This document shows positions 54,099 through 64,000 of a stretch of 64,000 bases of DNA, one piece after another. The notes beneath the pieces were generated by a model. That model was not told where the DNA came from and searched no databases. It saw only the letters and a list, made by a program, of their open reading frames with translations. The stretch lies in assembly GCA_963700285.1 (NCBI GenBank), contig CAVOXA010000006.1, forward strand, positions 32,001-96,000, given 5' to 3'. The DNA is from an uncultured Chloroflexia bacterium (lineage in GTDB: Bacteria; Chloroflexota; Anaerolineae; JAAYZQ01). A program made the position numbers and the translations under genes. Numbering within the stretch: position 1 is the first letter of the stretch; the number at the start of each line of letters is the position of its first letter.

Positions 54099-54788
54099 TC
54101 AGGCCGTTCTGTGCTGATCCCTGGAGGTCAGGGCCAGGTAGGAGACGAGAAGAATGGCGGCTGAAAGGACGGTGACGACCAGAGCCCGCGGGTGTTCCAG
54201 AGGATTGGCCACCCTCACGATAATGTCAGTCAGGACCGCATGGGGACGAAGAACGAGATCCCAACTGTTCCAGCGTAGGAAACGCCCCAGATAAACACCT
54301 ACCCCGGCCAGGCCCACCGCCAGCAGGACAAAGAGCCAGGCTGTCAGGGGGCCGCCATAGATCTGGACCAGCCGCTGCATCGTGCGCAGAGAGAACACGG
54401 CGAGGAACAATCCTGCCAGGGCAAAGACCACCAACAGACTGCTGTCGTACCACAGTGGGATGGGCGGCCGCTCCTGAAGATGCCAGATGTCGGTCAAGAT
54501 GTAGGGCGCATTGGGAAAGAAGGCCAGCCAGAGAAGCCCTGGCACAATCAAGCGCGGCCACTGGCGAGGGTGACTTTCGTTTAGCCTATCGGCCCACAGG
54601 CTGCTCCAGTACGGGATCCAGGCTAGAAAGAGGTTCCACGTCATAAAGACAAAGGTGGCGGACTGGCTGCGGTACATGCGCCCGGCCAGGAGCGCGGCGG
54701 CCAAGGCTGAGACCAGCACACTGGCATACACGGCATGGGCGACCATATAGTGGTGAAGCCGCGCTAGGCGGCCTGTCCATGTCTGCAT
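54099..54788 (-). CDS. DUF1361 family membrane protein
   Basis: WNLFLAWIP, WLAFFPNAPYILTD, GVYLGRFLRWNSWD. Confidence 0.9.
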   Translation of the reverse strand: MQTWTGRLARLHHYMVAHAVYASVLVSALAAALLAGRMYRSQSATFVFMTWNLFLAWIPYWSSLWADRLNESHPRQWPRLIVPGLLWLAFFPNAPYILTDIWHLQERPPIPLWYDSSLLVVFALAGLFLAVFSLRTMQRLVQIYGGPLTAWLFVLLAVGLAGVGVYLGRFLRWNSWDLVLRPHAVLTDIIVRVANPLEHPRALVVTVLSAAILLVSYLALTSRDQHRTA

Positions 54789-55954
54789 CAAGAATCTCCT
54801 TTGGCATCGATAACTCTATCATAGACGGCCAGAGTCTCGGCCGCGGCCCGAGACCACGAGAAGCGGGCCGCCTGCTCGAGACCAGCCCTTGCCATCTCGG
54901 CCCGCAGCCCGGCGTCAGCCCACACGTCGCGGATACTGGCGGCCATGGCGGACACGTCATAGGGGTCAAAATAGCGGGCGGCCTCACCGCCCATCTCTGG
55001 CAGACTAGCCCGATTGGAAGCAAGCACAGGCGTCCCACAGGCCATCGACTCCAACACCGGCAGCCCAAAGCCCTCGTAGACAGAGGGCATGACCGTGGCC
55101 GTCGCCGCGCCGTACATCACCGCCAGGTCGTCGTCGGGCACAAAGCCGGGAAAGTGAAACGCATCGCCCATCTCCAGCCCTTCAAGGCGCCGGAAGAAAT
55201 CATCGTACAGCCAACCCTTGCTGCCTACGATGACAAGAGGGATGTTCAGGCCAGCATCGCGCAGGGCCTTCAGCGCCTCTGCCAGCCGCGAAAGGTTCTT
55301 TCGCGGCTCGATGGTGCCGACGTGGATCAGGAACCGCTCTGGCAAGCTGTAGCGGCTGCGTACCTGCTCCACGGCGCTCTGGGCAGCCGGCCGGAACTCG
55401 GGTGAGGCCGCCTCGTAGACGACCGTGATCTTGGCCGGGTCCAGCCCATAGTCGGCCACGATGTCACGCTTGCTGGCCTGGGAAACGGTGATGATGGCAT
55501 CGGCCCGCCGGCAGTAGAGGGGCATGGTGGCGTTCAGATACCAGAAGTTGAGGCGCTTCTGATGCTGGGGAAAGCGCTTAAAGATCATGTCGTGGACGGT
55601 GAGTACCGTGGGCAGGTCGCCCAAGGGGGGTAGGAGATGCTCGGTGGCGTGAAAGAGCTCGGCATCGGGGATCAGCCGGTTAAAGCCCAGGCCGGAGAGC
55701 TGGCCCAGCCAGACCGCCATGCGCCAGGGCTTGTATCCGGCCCGGATCGTCCGGGCCGGCGCCTCTTCCAACGCCGCCGGAAGCGCCGTCTCCCGCCCGC
55801 GGTTGTAGAAAACAGCCACGCGCCCGGGCCGATGTTCAACCAGGGCGCAAGCCAGGCTGCCCGCATAGCGGCCGATGCCCGCCTTGCCGTGCACCGCCGC
55901 GGACACGTCGACGTAAATCACAATGCGCCTTGCCCAATGACCAACATGGGCCAC
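54788..55954 (-). CDS. Glycosyltransferase family 4
   Basis: GIGRY, LTVHD, VGTIEPRKN, PSVYEGFGLPVLESMACGTPV, FSW; start uncertain. Confidence 0.93.
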   Translation of the reverse strand: MAHVGHWARRIVIYVDVSAAVHGKAGIGRYAGSLACALVEHRPGRVAVFYNRGRETALPAALEEAPARTIRAGYKPWRMAVWLGQLSGLGFNRLIPDAELFHATEHLLPPLGDLPTVLTVHDMIFKRFPQHQKRLNFWYLNATMPLYCRRADAIITVSQASKRDIVADYGLDPAKITVVYEAASPEFRPAAQSAVEQVRSRYSLPERFLIHVGTIEPRKNLSRLAEALKALRDAGLNIPLVIVGSKGWLYDDFFRRLEGLEMGDAFHFPGFVPDDDLAVMYGAATATVMPSVYEGFGLPVLESMACGTPVLASNRASLPEMGGEAARYFDPYDVSAMAASIRDVWADAGLRAEMARAGLEQAARFSWSRAAAETLAVYDRVIDAKGDS

Positions 55955-56116
55955 ATTCTACCACGCCTCGCGCCAGACGGCAACCAGAAAAGCACCCTGG
56001 TAACGCATCAATTTCGGTGGTAATGCCACAAAGCTAGGCTGTCATTCCCGCTAGAACCATGCGGACATGACAGGATCTTGGATTAGCCTCCTGGTGCAAA
56101 CCCTTGCCCCCCTTTT

Positions 56117-56145
56117 TTGCCCCTGGCTTCCGATTGGGCTATAAT
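56117..56145 (+). promoter_or_regulatory. sigma70 promoter of the glycosylation operon
   Basis: TTGCCC-17bp-TATAAT. Confidence 0.55.
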
Positions 56146-56176
56146 GACCCGGATCCGGGAACGCCAGGGGGACAGA

Positions 56177-56866
56177 ATGCAGCTATCAATCATCATGCCC
56201 GTATATAACGAACAGGACACGCTCCGCGAGATCCTGGGCCAGGTCCGGGCCGTAGACCTTGCCGGCATCGACAAGGAGATCCTGGTCATCGATGACGGCT
56301 CCACCGATGGTACCCGCGCCGTCCTGGCGAATGAGGCCGAGCAGGGCGACTTGCGGGTGTTCTACCACGAGCAGAACCGGGGTAAGGGTGCGGCTGTGCG
56401 GACGGGCATCGAAGCGGCGTCGGGCGACATGCTGCTGATCCAGGACGCCGACCTGGAGTACGATCCTCGCGACTATCCCGCGCTCGTCCGGCCCATCGTC
56501 GAGGGACGCGTGGCCGTCGTCTATGGCAGCCGCTTTCTGGGCCCGCGCAAGGCCATGCTTTTCTGGCACATGATGGGCAACAAGTTCCTGACCCTGACGA
56601 CAAACATCCTGTACAACACCATTCTCAGCGACATGGAGACCTGCTACAAATGTTTCCGCGCTGACGTCATCAAGGATATCCCCTTGCGCTCCCGCCGCTT
56701 CGAATTCGAGCCCGAGGTCACGGCCAAAGTACTCAAGCGCGGCCACCGGATTTTTGAGGTGCCCATCTCTTACTATGGCCGCGAGTACCACGAGGGCAAA
56801 AAGATCACCTGGCGCGACGCGCCCCTGGCCTTCTGGACGCTGATCAAGTACCGGTTTGTGGATTGA
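56177..56866 (+). CDS. GT2 polyprenol-phosphate glycosyltransferase (DPM1-like)
   Basis: PVYNE, IDDGSTDGT, NRGKGAA, QDADLEYDP, YGSRF, DMETCYK, EGKKI. Confidence 0.92.
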   Translation: MQLSIIMPVYNEQDTLREILGQVRAVDLAGIDKEILVIDDGSTDGTRAVLANEAEQGDLRVFYHEQNRGKGAAVRTGIEAASGDMLLIQDADLEYDPRDYPALVRPIVEGRVAVVYGSRFLGPRKAMLFWHMMGNKFLTLTTNILYNTILSDMETCYKCFRADVIKDIPLRSRRFEFEPEVTAKVLKRGHRIFEVPISYYGREYHEGKKITWRDAPLAFWTLIKYRFVD

Positions 56867-56998
56867 CCCTCAACCTCCCGCAGGTTCGGAACCTGCAGAG
56901 GTTGGAGGACCGGGCGTATAGGCCAGGCCCGCCCCCTGCTCAGCGCTAGACTGGGCTGGGGCGGGCAACGGCCACGCAGATCGTATACAGGCTCGGCG

Positions 56999-58549
56999 AT
57001 GCCAGACAATGCAAGCCCTACAGTGCACCGCAGCAGTGACGGATCCAGATTGGACCAATCTGGGGCGTGGTCTGAGCGCGTGCGGAGGCAGCCCTGCGTC
57101 TACCTCATGATCCCCATCCTCCTCTTGGGCCTGGCCCTGCGGCTGGCGCCCTGGGGCCAGAACCGGTTCCTGGAGGACGAGGCGCTCTATGCCTACTGGG
57201 GGCTGCAGATCGCCTCCGGCGCGGATCCCATGCTCGATCTGGAGCCGGTGGACAAGCCGCCGCTCTATCCCTACACGCTGGGGCTCAGCGCCTGGCTGCT
57301 TGGTCCCACAGAGACGGCCGCCCGCCTGCCCAGCCTGCTGGCCAGCCTGACCGGAATCGCTCTGCTCTACGCCCTGGCGCGCGAGATCTATGGCGACGTG
57401 CGGGTTGGCCTGCTGGCGGCGCTGCTGCTGGCCCTGTCGCCCTTTGACATCCTCTTTGCCTCGACCGCCTTTACCGATCCGCTGATGGCGGCCCTGGTGC
57501 TGGCGGCGCTGCTGGCCGCGGCCAAAGGGCATCTGGGCGCGGCAGGGGTTCTGGCGGCCCTGGCCGCGGCCGCCAAGCAGCAGGGGCTCTTTTTCCTGCC
57601 TTTGGTGGTAGCGGTGGGTTGGCTTTCGTCCAGATCAAGACTTCCAAAGTCTGCGCGGGGGCTTCCCTGGCTGCGCTTTGTGCTGGGCTTTGCCATCGTC
57701 GCGGCCGGGGCGATCTGGTGGGATCTGGCGCGGGAGCAGCGGCCCGGGTTCCTGGAACAGAGCTTGCTCAGCTACGGGGGCCTGGGTCCGGCCCAGGCCG
57801 CGGCCCTGGGCGAGCGCGCGGCCGGTTGGCTGGCCCTGGCCGTCGCTTTCTGGGGCTCGCCCTGGTTCAGCGCACTGCTGGCCGGGATCCTGGCCCTGTG
57901 GATCGGCGGCAGCCTGGTCACCGCGCGTATTTCGCGGCCACGTGCGGTAGATCTGGTGATGTTGGTCTTTGTTGTCACCTTCTTGCTGTTCCACTGGCTG
58001 GTCGGCTTCCAGGTCTGGGACCGCTACCTGCTGGGCCTGGTTCCGCTGGCGGCCTTGCTGGCGGCGCGGGCCATCGTCGCGCTGGGCGATGCCCTCGACG
58101 GGGCCACCTGGCGCCGGGCCTACGCCGCCGGAATCGGCCTGGCCCTGGTCCTGATGCTGGCCCGGCCGGTGTGGCTGGCAACCCAGAGCGAGCTGCCCCT
58201 GGGCGGCGACCACGGCGCCTACGACGGCATCGATGCGGTAGCAGCCTATATGCGCAGCGAAGCGCCGCCCGGTTCGGTCCTCTACCACTATTGGCTGGGC
58301 TATCACTACCGGTTCTACCTGAACGGCGCGCCCCTGCGCCAGCATTGGTATCCTGATCTGGAGGATCTGGCCCGCGACGCGACCATCTATCGCCGCGAGC
58401 CCAGGTATATCGCCTTTCCGAGCTGGCGCGACGGCGTCCCGGCGCAGGCCGCCCTGGCCTCTGCGGGCATCAACCTGGCGCCGGTGCTAGAGACCACCCG
58501 GCGCGACGGCAGCGTATCGTTTCGACTGTACCGCCTGGAAGGACCTTGA
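56999..58549 (+). CDS. GT-C fold membrane glycosyltransferase (ArnT/PMT-like)
   Basis: DEALY, DKPPLYP, ARLPS, many TM helices, RYLL. Confidence 0.85.
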   Translation: MPDNASPTVHRSSDGSRLDQSGAWSERVRRQPCVYLMIPILLLGLALRLAPWGQNRFLEDEALYAYWGLQIASGADPMLDLEPVDKPPLYPYTLGLSAWLLGPTETAARLPSLLASLTGIALLYALAREIYGDVRVGLLAALLLALSPFDILFASTAFTDPLMAALVLAALLAAAKGHLGAAGVLAALAAAAKQQGLFFLPLVVAVGWLSSRSRLPKSARGLPWLRFVLGFAIVAAGAIWWDLAREQRPGFLEQSLLSYGGLGPAQAAALGERAAGWLALAVAFWGSPWFSALLAGILALWIGGSLVTARISRPRAVDLVMLVFVVTFLLFHWLVGFQVWDRYLLGLVPLAALLAARAIVALGDALDGATWRRAYAAGIGLALVLMLARPVWLATQSELPLGGDHGAYDGIDAVAAYMRSEAPPGSVLYHYWLGYHYRFYLNGAPLRQHWYPDLEDLARDATIYRREPRYIAFPSWRDGVPAQAALASAGINLAPVLETTRRDGSVSFRLYRLEGP

Positions 58550-58571
58550 ATGGGAGATTGGGGATTGTAGC

Positions 58572-61074
58572 TTGGGTATCGAGGCGCTAAAGCGGCTGGC
58601 CAGTCCGGAATACCTGGTCGTGACGGAGCCAGGTCCCATGGGCGGCCTATGGGTGCTGTACTTGGCCTTGGGCCTGCTCTTTGGCGCCGGCCTGGCCTCG
58701 GCGCTGTGGGTTCTGCTGGAGCCCGGCCGGCGGCAGCCCTCCCTGGCGTTGCGCGCCTGGGCCTGGTTCGAGCTGTGGATTTGTCTCGCGGGCCTGGGCG
58801 CGGTGGCGGGACGCGCCCTGGGCTGGCCCGGCTGGTCAGCCCGCATCTGGCCCTACACCCTGGCCGCGCTGGCCGTCGCCGGGACGCTGGCCTACGGCTG
58901 CCGGAAGTTGAAGGTGCCAGCCTGGCTGGAGGACCAGCTCCGCGTCCTGGCCCTGTCCCCCCGGCGCCAAGCCCCCAACTACGCCGGTGCCGCGGCGCGG
59001 CAGGCAGACCACGGCGCGGCAGACCACGGCGCGGCAGACCGCGGCGCGGCAGACCATGTGGCCGCAGACACTCTGGCTCCTCCTGGGGCTGGCCGTACAC
59101 CTGGCCGGCGTCGCCTTTGTGCTCGGAGCGCGCTATCGCTGGCCGCTGTGGACCGCGCCCCTGGTGCTGCTGCTCCTCCTGGCACCGCAGGCGCCGCTCC
59201 TGCTCCACAGGCAGCGCCCGCGCCTCATGGCCCTCACCCCCCTGTTCGGCGCCTATGCCGCCGTGGCCCTATGGCTGCTGTACCGCCAGGCCGGCATCAC
59301 CGTCATTGGCTGGCAGGGACTGGCTTTTCCCAATCCGATGACCTCCCTATTCTACGCCGACGCCGTGGTATTGGCCTCCGTCGCCTACGTTCTGTTATGT
59401 CACCTCGGAGTTCTGGCCGCCGCCTTTGCCAACCGGGCGATCCTCTGGCGCGGCGCGGCGGTCGCCTTGCTGGCGGCCAGCCTGGCCTGGGCTGGGGTCG
59501 TCTACCTGGGCAAGCGGACCCACGGCGCCACGGCCAGCGACCCCTATGCCTACGCCCAGATGGGGGTCGATCTGGCCGAACGCGGAACCTTCCTCCACCG
59601 CCTCTCGCTCTTTGAGGAGGTGATGCCCCTGGGCATCGCCTGGGCTCCCCTGCAGCCGGTGGGCTATCACATTCCCCGCAACGAACTGGGCGACAGCCCC
59701 AGTGTGTGGGCCACCGGCGCCTCGGTCCTGCTGGCCCTGGGCTACCGGCTCCTGGGCGAGACGGGCCTGTATGTCACCACGCCCATCGTCGCCCTGCTGG
59801 CCCTGGGCGCCACCTGGGCGCTGGTTCAGGAGACGCTGCGGGGTAAAGCCCGTTCGTCCCGCTATCTCGTGGGTGCGCTGGCCGTGGCCCTCACGGCGAC
59901 CTCAACCGAGCACGTGGATCGACTGCTGGTACCCATGGCCGACGCCTCGGCCCAGCTTTTCACGGTTCTGACCCTGGGCTTTGCCCTGCGGGGCATGCAC
60001 CAGCTCCAGGAGCAGAGGCGCAGCGCCTGGTCCTTCCTGCTGTCAGGCCTCTGTTTCGCCTGGGCCTACTGGACCCGCCATACCCAGCTCGTCCTGATCC
60101 TGCCCGTGATCCTGGCCGCACTGCTCGGCACGTGGGCCACAGAGCCCAACCGGTCGAGGTCCTCACGCCTATCCACGGCGCTGCGCTCGCTGCTGCTCTT
60201 TTCCGGCGCGGCCCTTGTGGCCGCCCTGCCTGACATTGTCTATCGCTGGCGCAATTTTGGCGGGCCGCTGGCCACCGAGACCACGGAGCTGCCGCTGATG
60301 GCCCTGCAGCATATCGGGCCCGTGGCCTGGCAGATGCTGCGCGACGCGCTGGTCGCCGGGGAATGGGGTTATCTCTTTCCCCTGGCCGTGTATGGCGGCT
60401 ACAGGCTTGTCCGCGACCGGCGGCGCGAGGCCATTGTCCTGGGCAGCGCCTTTTTGGCCGTGCTTGTGGTCCACCTGACCTACCGATCTCTGCGCCTCCG
60501 GGATCTGATATCGCTCTTTCCCCTGGTGAACTTGGCGGTCGCCTACGGGGCCGTGGCGCTGGCGCGCTGGGCGCGGGGCCTGCTGCCCGGCCCGGCGCAG
60601 CGGGCGCGGCTGGGCCGGGCGATGCTGCCAGCAGCGGCCATTGCCTGGGTGGTCCTCAGCCTGGCGATGGCCCGTTGGGCCATGGTGGACAATGCCTGGC
60701 GGCCAGGCTGGGCCTCTTTTGGCTATATGCGAGCCGAGCAGCGCGCCGCCTTTGACCGGCTGGCCGAGCTGACGCCGCCCAATGCCGTCATCGGCGCCTC
60801 GCTTAACGCGGGGGCGATCATGTTGTATACTGGCAGGGACGCCATCCGGCCCTACGATAGCTGGACCGGCGAGGAGTGGGCCATCTTTCTACGCGCGATG
60901 CAGGACAGCGGCCGCCCCGTCTACCTGCTGGACGACGGTGATCTGATGGCCGAGTTCATCGACCAGGACCGCGGCCGCCACCGGCTGACGGCCATTGAAG
61001 AACTGGAGACGCCCTTGTTCTACACCCGAGATCGAGACACAGGCTGGCTCTATCGCCTGGAGTGGGGCGGATGA
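58572..61074 (+). CDS. Large polytopic membrane protein, GT-C-like; frameshift near 58960-59000
   Basis: Hydrophobic N-terminal part (ORF 58572) continues in another frame (ORF 58987) with SDPYAYAQM and many TM segments. Confidence 0.7.
59003..59056 (+). repeat. 15-bp tandem repeat GGCAGACC(A/G)CGGCGC, about 3.5 copies
   Basis: Directly visible; reads RQTTA in the downstream frame. Confidence 0.85.
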
Positions 61075-63944
61075 AGAATTCGAAGGACCCTCGTTCGGTG
61101 AACGGGATGAGCAGATCTATGACGAGGGATCTCCAGCCTGAAGGCAGAGAGGTCCCGGCCGATGTGGGTGCCGGAGCGCAGGAGGCCGCCGGTACGCCGC
61201 TGGGCTGGCCGGATCTGCTGGCCCTGGCCGCCCTGGCCGCGCTGACCCTCGTTTTCTTTTGGAAGATCGCCCTCACCAACCGGGTGCTGGCAGGCCTGGA
61301 TGTTTTTTCCTATTTCTATCCCTACCGGGATTTTGCCAGCGAGGCGCTGCGCGCCGGGCGCCTGCCCCTGTGGAACCCCTACCTGTTCATGGGCGCGCCC
61401 CTGCTGGCCAATTCACAGGCGGCGGTCCTTTATCCCTTGCACTGGCCGCTGGTCTGGCTGTCGACCCCCAAGCAGGTCTCCTGGAGCATCGTCCTCCACC
61501 TCTGGCTGGCGGGAGCAGGGACCTATCTCTTTGCCCGGCTGGCCCTGCGGCTGCGCCCCCTGGCGGCCTTTGTGGGGGGCGCCATCTTTGCCCTGGGCGG
61601 CTTTCTCGGAGCCCAGGTAGAACACCTGAACCAGCTCAACGCTTCGGCCTGGCTGCCCTGGCTGTTGCTCTGCCTGGAGGGCGCCATGGGCCAGGGGTCG
61701 CGCAGGTGGCTGGCCCTGCTGGGCGGTGGGGCTGTGGCCGGGCTGGCGCTGCTGGCCGGCCATACGCAGGCGGCCTATATCGTATTCTTTGGGGCGGCGG
61801 TTTACGCCCTCCTCAGGGGCTGGTGGGGCCCCTCCGGCTCGCGCTGGCGCGGAGCGCTGTGGGGCATCGGCGCCCTGGCTCTCATGGTCGTGGGGGGTGC
61901 GGCCCTGGCCGCCGGGCAACTGCTGCCCACGCTGGAGCTGTCGAGGCTGTCGGTCCGCAGCGGCGGATTGCCCTACAACGAAGCCGCATCCTTCTCCCTG
62001 AAACCGTCATTGGTGTTCAAAGCCTTTCTGCCCCCTTTTCTGTGGGAGCCACCGTTCAGCGAGTTCGTGGCCTACGTGGGGCTGGCCGGCCTGGCGCTGG
62101 CGGGCGCCGGCGCATGGGCAGTGCTGAAGCAAAAGGCGCCCGCAACCAGCCAGGGAGGCACCCTGGCCCAGAGCCGGGCCCTGCTGGTGCTGGGCCTGCT
62201 GGGCATTTTTCTGGCCTTTGGCGCCTACAATCCCGTCTACTACCTGCTGTACAAGATCGTACCCGGTTTTGACCTTTTTCGCGCCCCGGCCCGCTGGCTG
62301 CTGCTCTACGGCTTCAGTGCAGCAGGTCTGGCCGGCGTGGGGCTGGAAGCGATTGGCAGGTTGGCTGGCCGCGGAAAACAAGCCCCTGATCCCGACCAGG
62401 GCACGGCCGCCCAGGGGGCCAAGGCCGGGCCCGGCGCGTGGCAAGCGGCCATCGCCCTGCTGGTGGTTCTCGAGCTGTTTCTGGCAGGGAGGACCCTGGC
62501 CTACAACCAGCCCACGGCCCCGGCGGCCTTTGACTCGCTGAGGACTGCGCCAGCCCATCTGCTGGCCAGACAGGCGGCGACCCCGGCAGAGCCGTTCCGC
62601 TTTCTGAGCCTGTCGGACATTGGCTACGACCCGGGCGATCAGGCAGACCTGCAGGCCATGTACAGCTCAGAGCTGCCCGAAGAAGCGGTCTATGACCTCA
62701 TCGTGGCCACCAAAATGAAAGAGGTGCTCGCCTTCAACCTGCCGCTGCGCTACCGGCTGTCCAGCGTGGATGGCTACGATGGCGGGCTGCTGCCCATCGG
62801 GCGGTACCTCAACCTGGAACGGCTTTTCCTGCCGGAAGATGAGATCTGGCCCGACGGGCGGCTGCGCCAGCAGCTGCGGGCCATACCGCCGGCCCGATTG
62901 CTGTCCCTGCTCAACGTGGCATACGTCATCACCGACAAGACCCAAGACGTGTGGATCGATGACGTGTTCTATGATCTGCAGAACACAGTGCCCCTGGGCC
63001 AGGTCACTCTGACCGATTTGCCCGCCTTCGAAAGCACCCACCTGGGCATCGTTTCCTATCTCTCCGAATCCGCGGATCTGCCCGATGGAACGCCGGTGGC
63101 CAGGGTTATCGTCACCGACACACTGGGCAGCCAGGTCGTTCTTACCGTGCGCGCAGGAGAACACACGTCGGAAGGGCGGTACACGGCCCAGCCAGTAAGC
63201 CACCGGCAGGCTCGCATCGGCCACCCCTGGCGGGACAATGCCCAGGGAAACGACTATGCAAGCATGTTTGAGCTGGGCGAGCCCCTCCAGCCGGTCGCCA
63301 TCTCGGTGGAATCGCTCCTGCCCGGCCAGCGGGTACATCTGCGGGGCATCAGCCTCGTAGACGAGGGCAGCGGCACCAGCCGCAGCCTGTCTGTGGATCC
63401 CGCCTACCGGCTGGCCCACTCCGGAGACGTCAAGGTCTACGAACACCTGGGCGCGCTGCCCCGGGCTTTTGTCGTCTACCGCGCCCGAGTGGTTGAGGAT
63501 GACGAGGCAGCCCTGGCGATCCTGCGCGACCCGGCCTTTGAGCCGTCCAAGGAGGTGGTCCTGGCCGGCGGCGAGGCCCTGGTGGCTGCCACGGGACAGC
63601 CAGAGGCTGAGATCGATATACTTTCCTATGAACCCGAGGAGATCCAGCTCAAGGCGCACCTGGAGGCTCCCGGCTACCTGGTACTGACCGACACCTTCTA
63701 CCCGGGTTGGGCGGCCACCGTGGATGGCCAGCCTGCGCCCATCCGGCGCGCCAACCTCTATTTCCGCGCGGTTCCTCTGGAGGCTGGAGATCACCAGGTT
63801 GGCTTCCACTACAGGCCAGCCAGCGTCCGGCTGGGAGTGGGTATAGCGATTCTGGCCTGGATCGCCTGGCTGGCCGCGGCCGTTGCCCTGGCGGCTGCAA
63901 CCAGTGCGAGCCGTACTGGACGAAAAAAGATAACTGAGGTATAA
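61071..63944 (+). CDS. YfhO-family GT-C membrane glycosyltransferase
   Basis: YFYP, PLWNPYLFMGAPLLAN.Q...YP, GHTQ, QLLPTLE...SVR, FRAPARW, LPRAF, DTFYPGWAATVDG, FRAV. Confidence 0.9.
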   Translation: MKNSKDPRSVNGMSRSMTRDLQPEGREVPADVGAGAQEAAGTPLGWPDLLALAALAALTLVFFWKIALTNRVLAGLDVFSYFYPYRDFASEALRAGRLPLWNPYLFMGAPLLANSQAAVLYPLHWPLVWLSTPKQVSWSIVLHLWLAGAGTYLFARLALRLRPLAAFVGGAIFALGGFLGAQVEHLNQLNASAWLPWLLLCLEGAMGQGSRRWLALLGGGAVAGLALLAGHTQAAYIVFFGAAVYALLRGWWGPSGSRWRGALWGIGALALMVVGGAALAAGQLLPTLELSRLSVRSGGLPYNEAASFSLKPSLVFKAFLPPFLWEPPFSEFVAYVGLAGLALAGAGAWAVLKQKAPATSQGGTLAQSRALLVLGLLGIFLAFGAYNPVYYLLYKIVPGFDLFRAPARWLLLYGFSAAGLAGVGLEAIGRLAGRGKQAPDPDQGTAAQGAKAGPGAWQAAIALLVVLELFLAGRTLAYNQPTAPAAFDSLRTAPAHLLARQAATPAEPFRFLSLSDIGYDPGDQADLQAMYSSELPEEAVYDLIVATKMKEVLAFNLPLRYRLSSVDGYDGGLLPIGRYLNLERLFLPEDEIWPDGRLRQQLRAIPPARLLSLLNVAYVITDKTQDVWIDDVFYDLQNTVPLGQVTLTDLPAFESTHLGIVSYLSESADLPDGTPVARVIVTDTLGSQVVLTVRAGEHTSEGRYTAQPVSHRQARIGHPWRDNAQGNDYASMFELGEPLQPVAISVESLLPGQRVHLRGISLVDEGSGTSRSLSVDPAYRLAHSGDVKVYEHLGALPRAFVVYRARVVEDDEAALAILRDPAFEPSKEVVLAGGEALVAATGQPEAEIDILSYEPEEIQLKAHLEAPGYLVLTDTFYPGWAATVDGQPAPIRRANLYFRAVPLEAGDHQVGFHYRPASVRLGVGIAILAWIAWLAAAVALAAATSASRTGRKKITEV

Positions 63945-64000
63945 TAGAATTGTCGGCTCTACCCGGCCAGTTAGCGAGCAAATCTCGGCATGATGTCATA

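Overview
GC-rich bacterial chromosome segment. Gene content and style suggest an anaerobic Chloroflexota (Anaerolineae-like) genome; this is inference, not a database result. Left to right: (1) a plsC / SGNH hydrolase / membrane protein / short MalT-like LuxR regulator module, where two promoters share a 23-bp operator-like motif; (2) a mosaic of a cassette-like phosphotransferase and gene fragments; (3) uvrA with a putative SOS box, then AlkC-, DinB- and GyrI-like genes; (4) an Lrp-creatininase-peptide ABC transporter-S9 peptidase operon; (5) a neutral-lipid cluster (SCP2, esterase, two WS/DGAT, RDD); (6) redox and fermentation genes (bcp, MetF-like, MsrP-like, ferredoxin, 2-oxoacid:ferredoxin oxidoreductase, ackA); (7) a split AddAB/AdnAB-like helicase-helicase-FeS nuclease operon, then hicBA and recJ; (8) a GT2 plus GT-C glycosylation cluster. 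Intergenic DNA carries several REP-like palindrome families, with local tandem duplications next to some of them. Genes at about 13.7-25.8 kb and 38.8-48.5 kb have many single-base frameshifts, most likely assembly indels, so coordinates there are approximate. No rRNA, tRNA, CRISPR array or intact transposase was seen.
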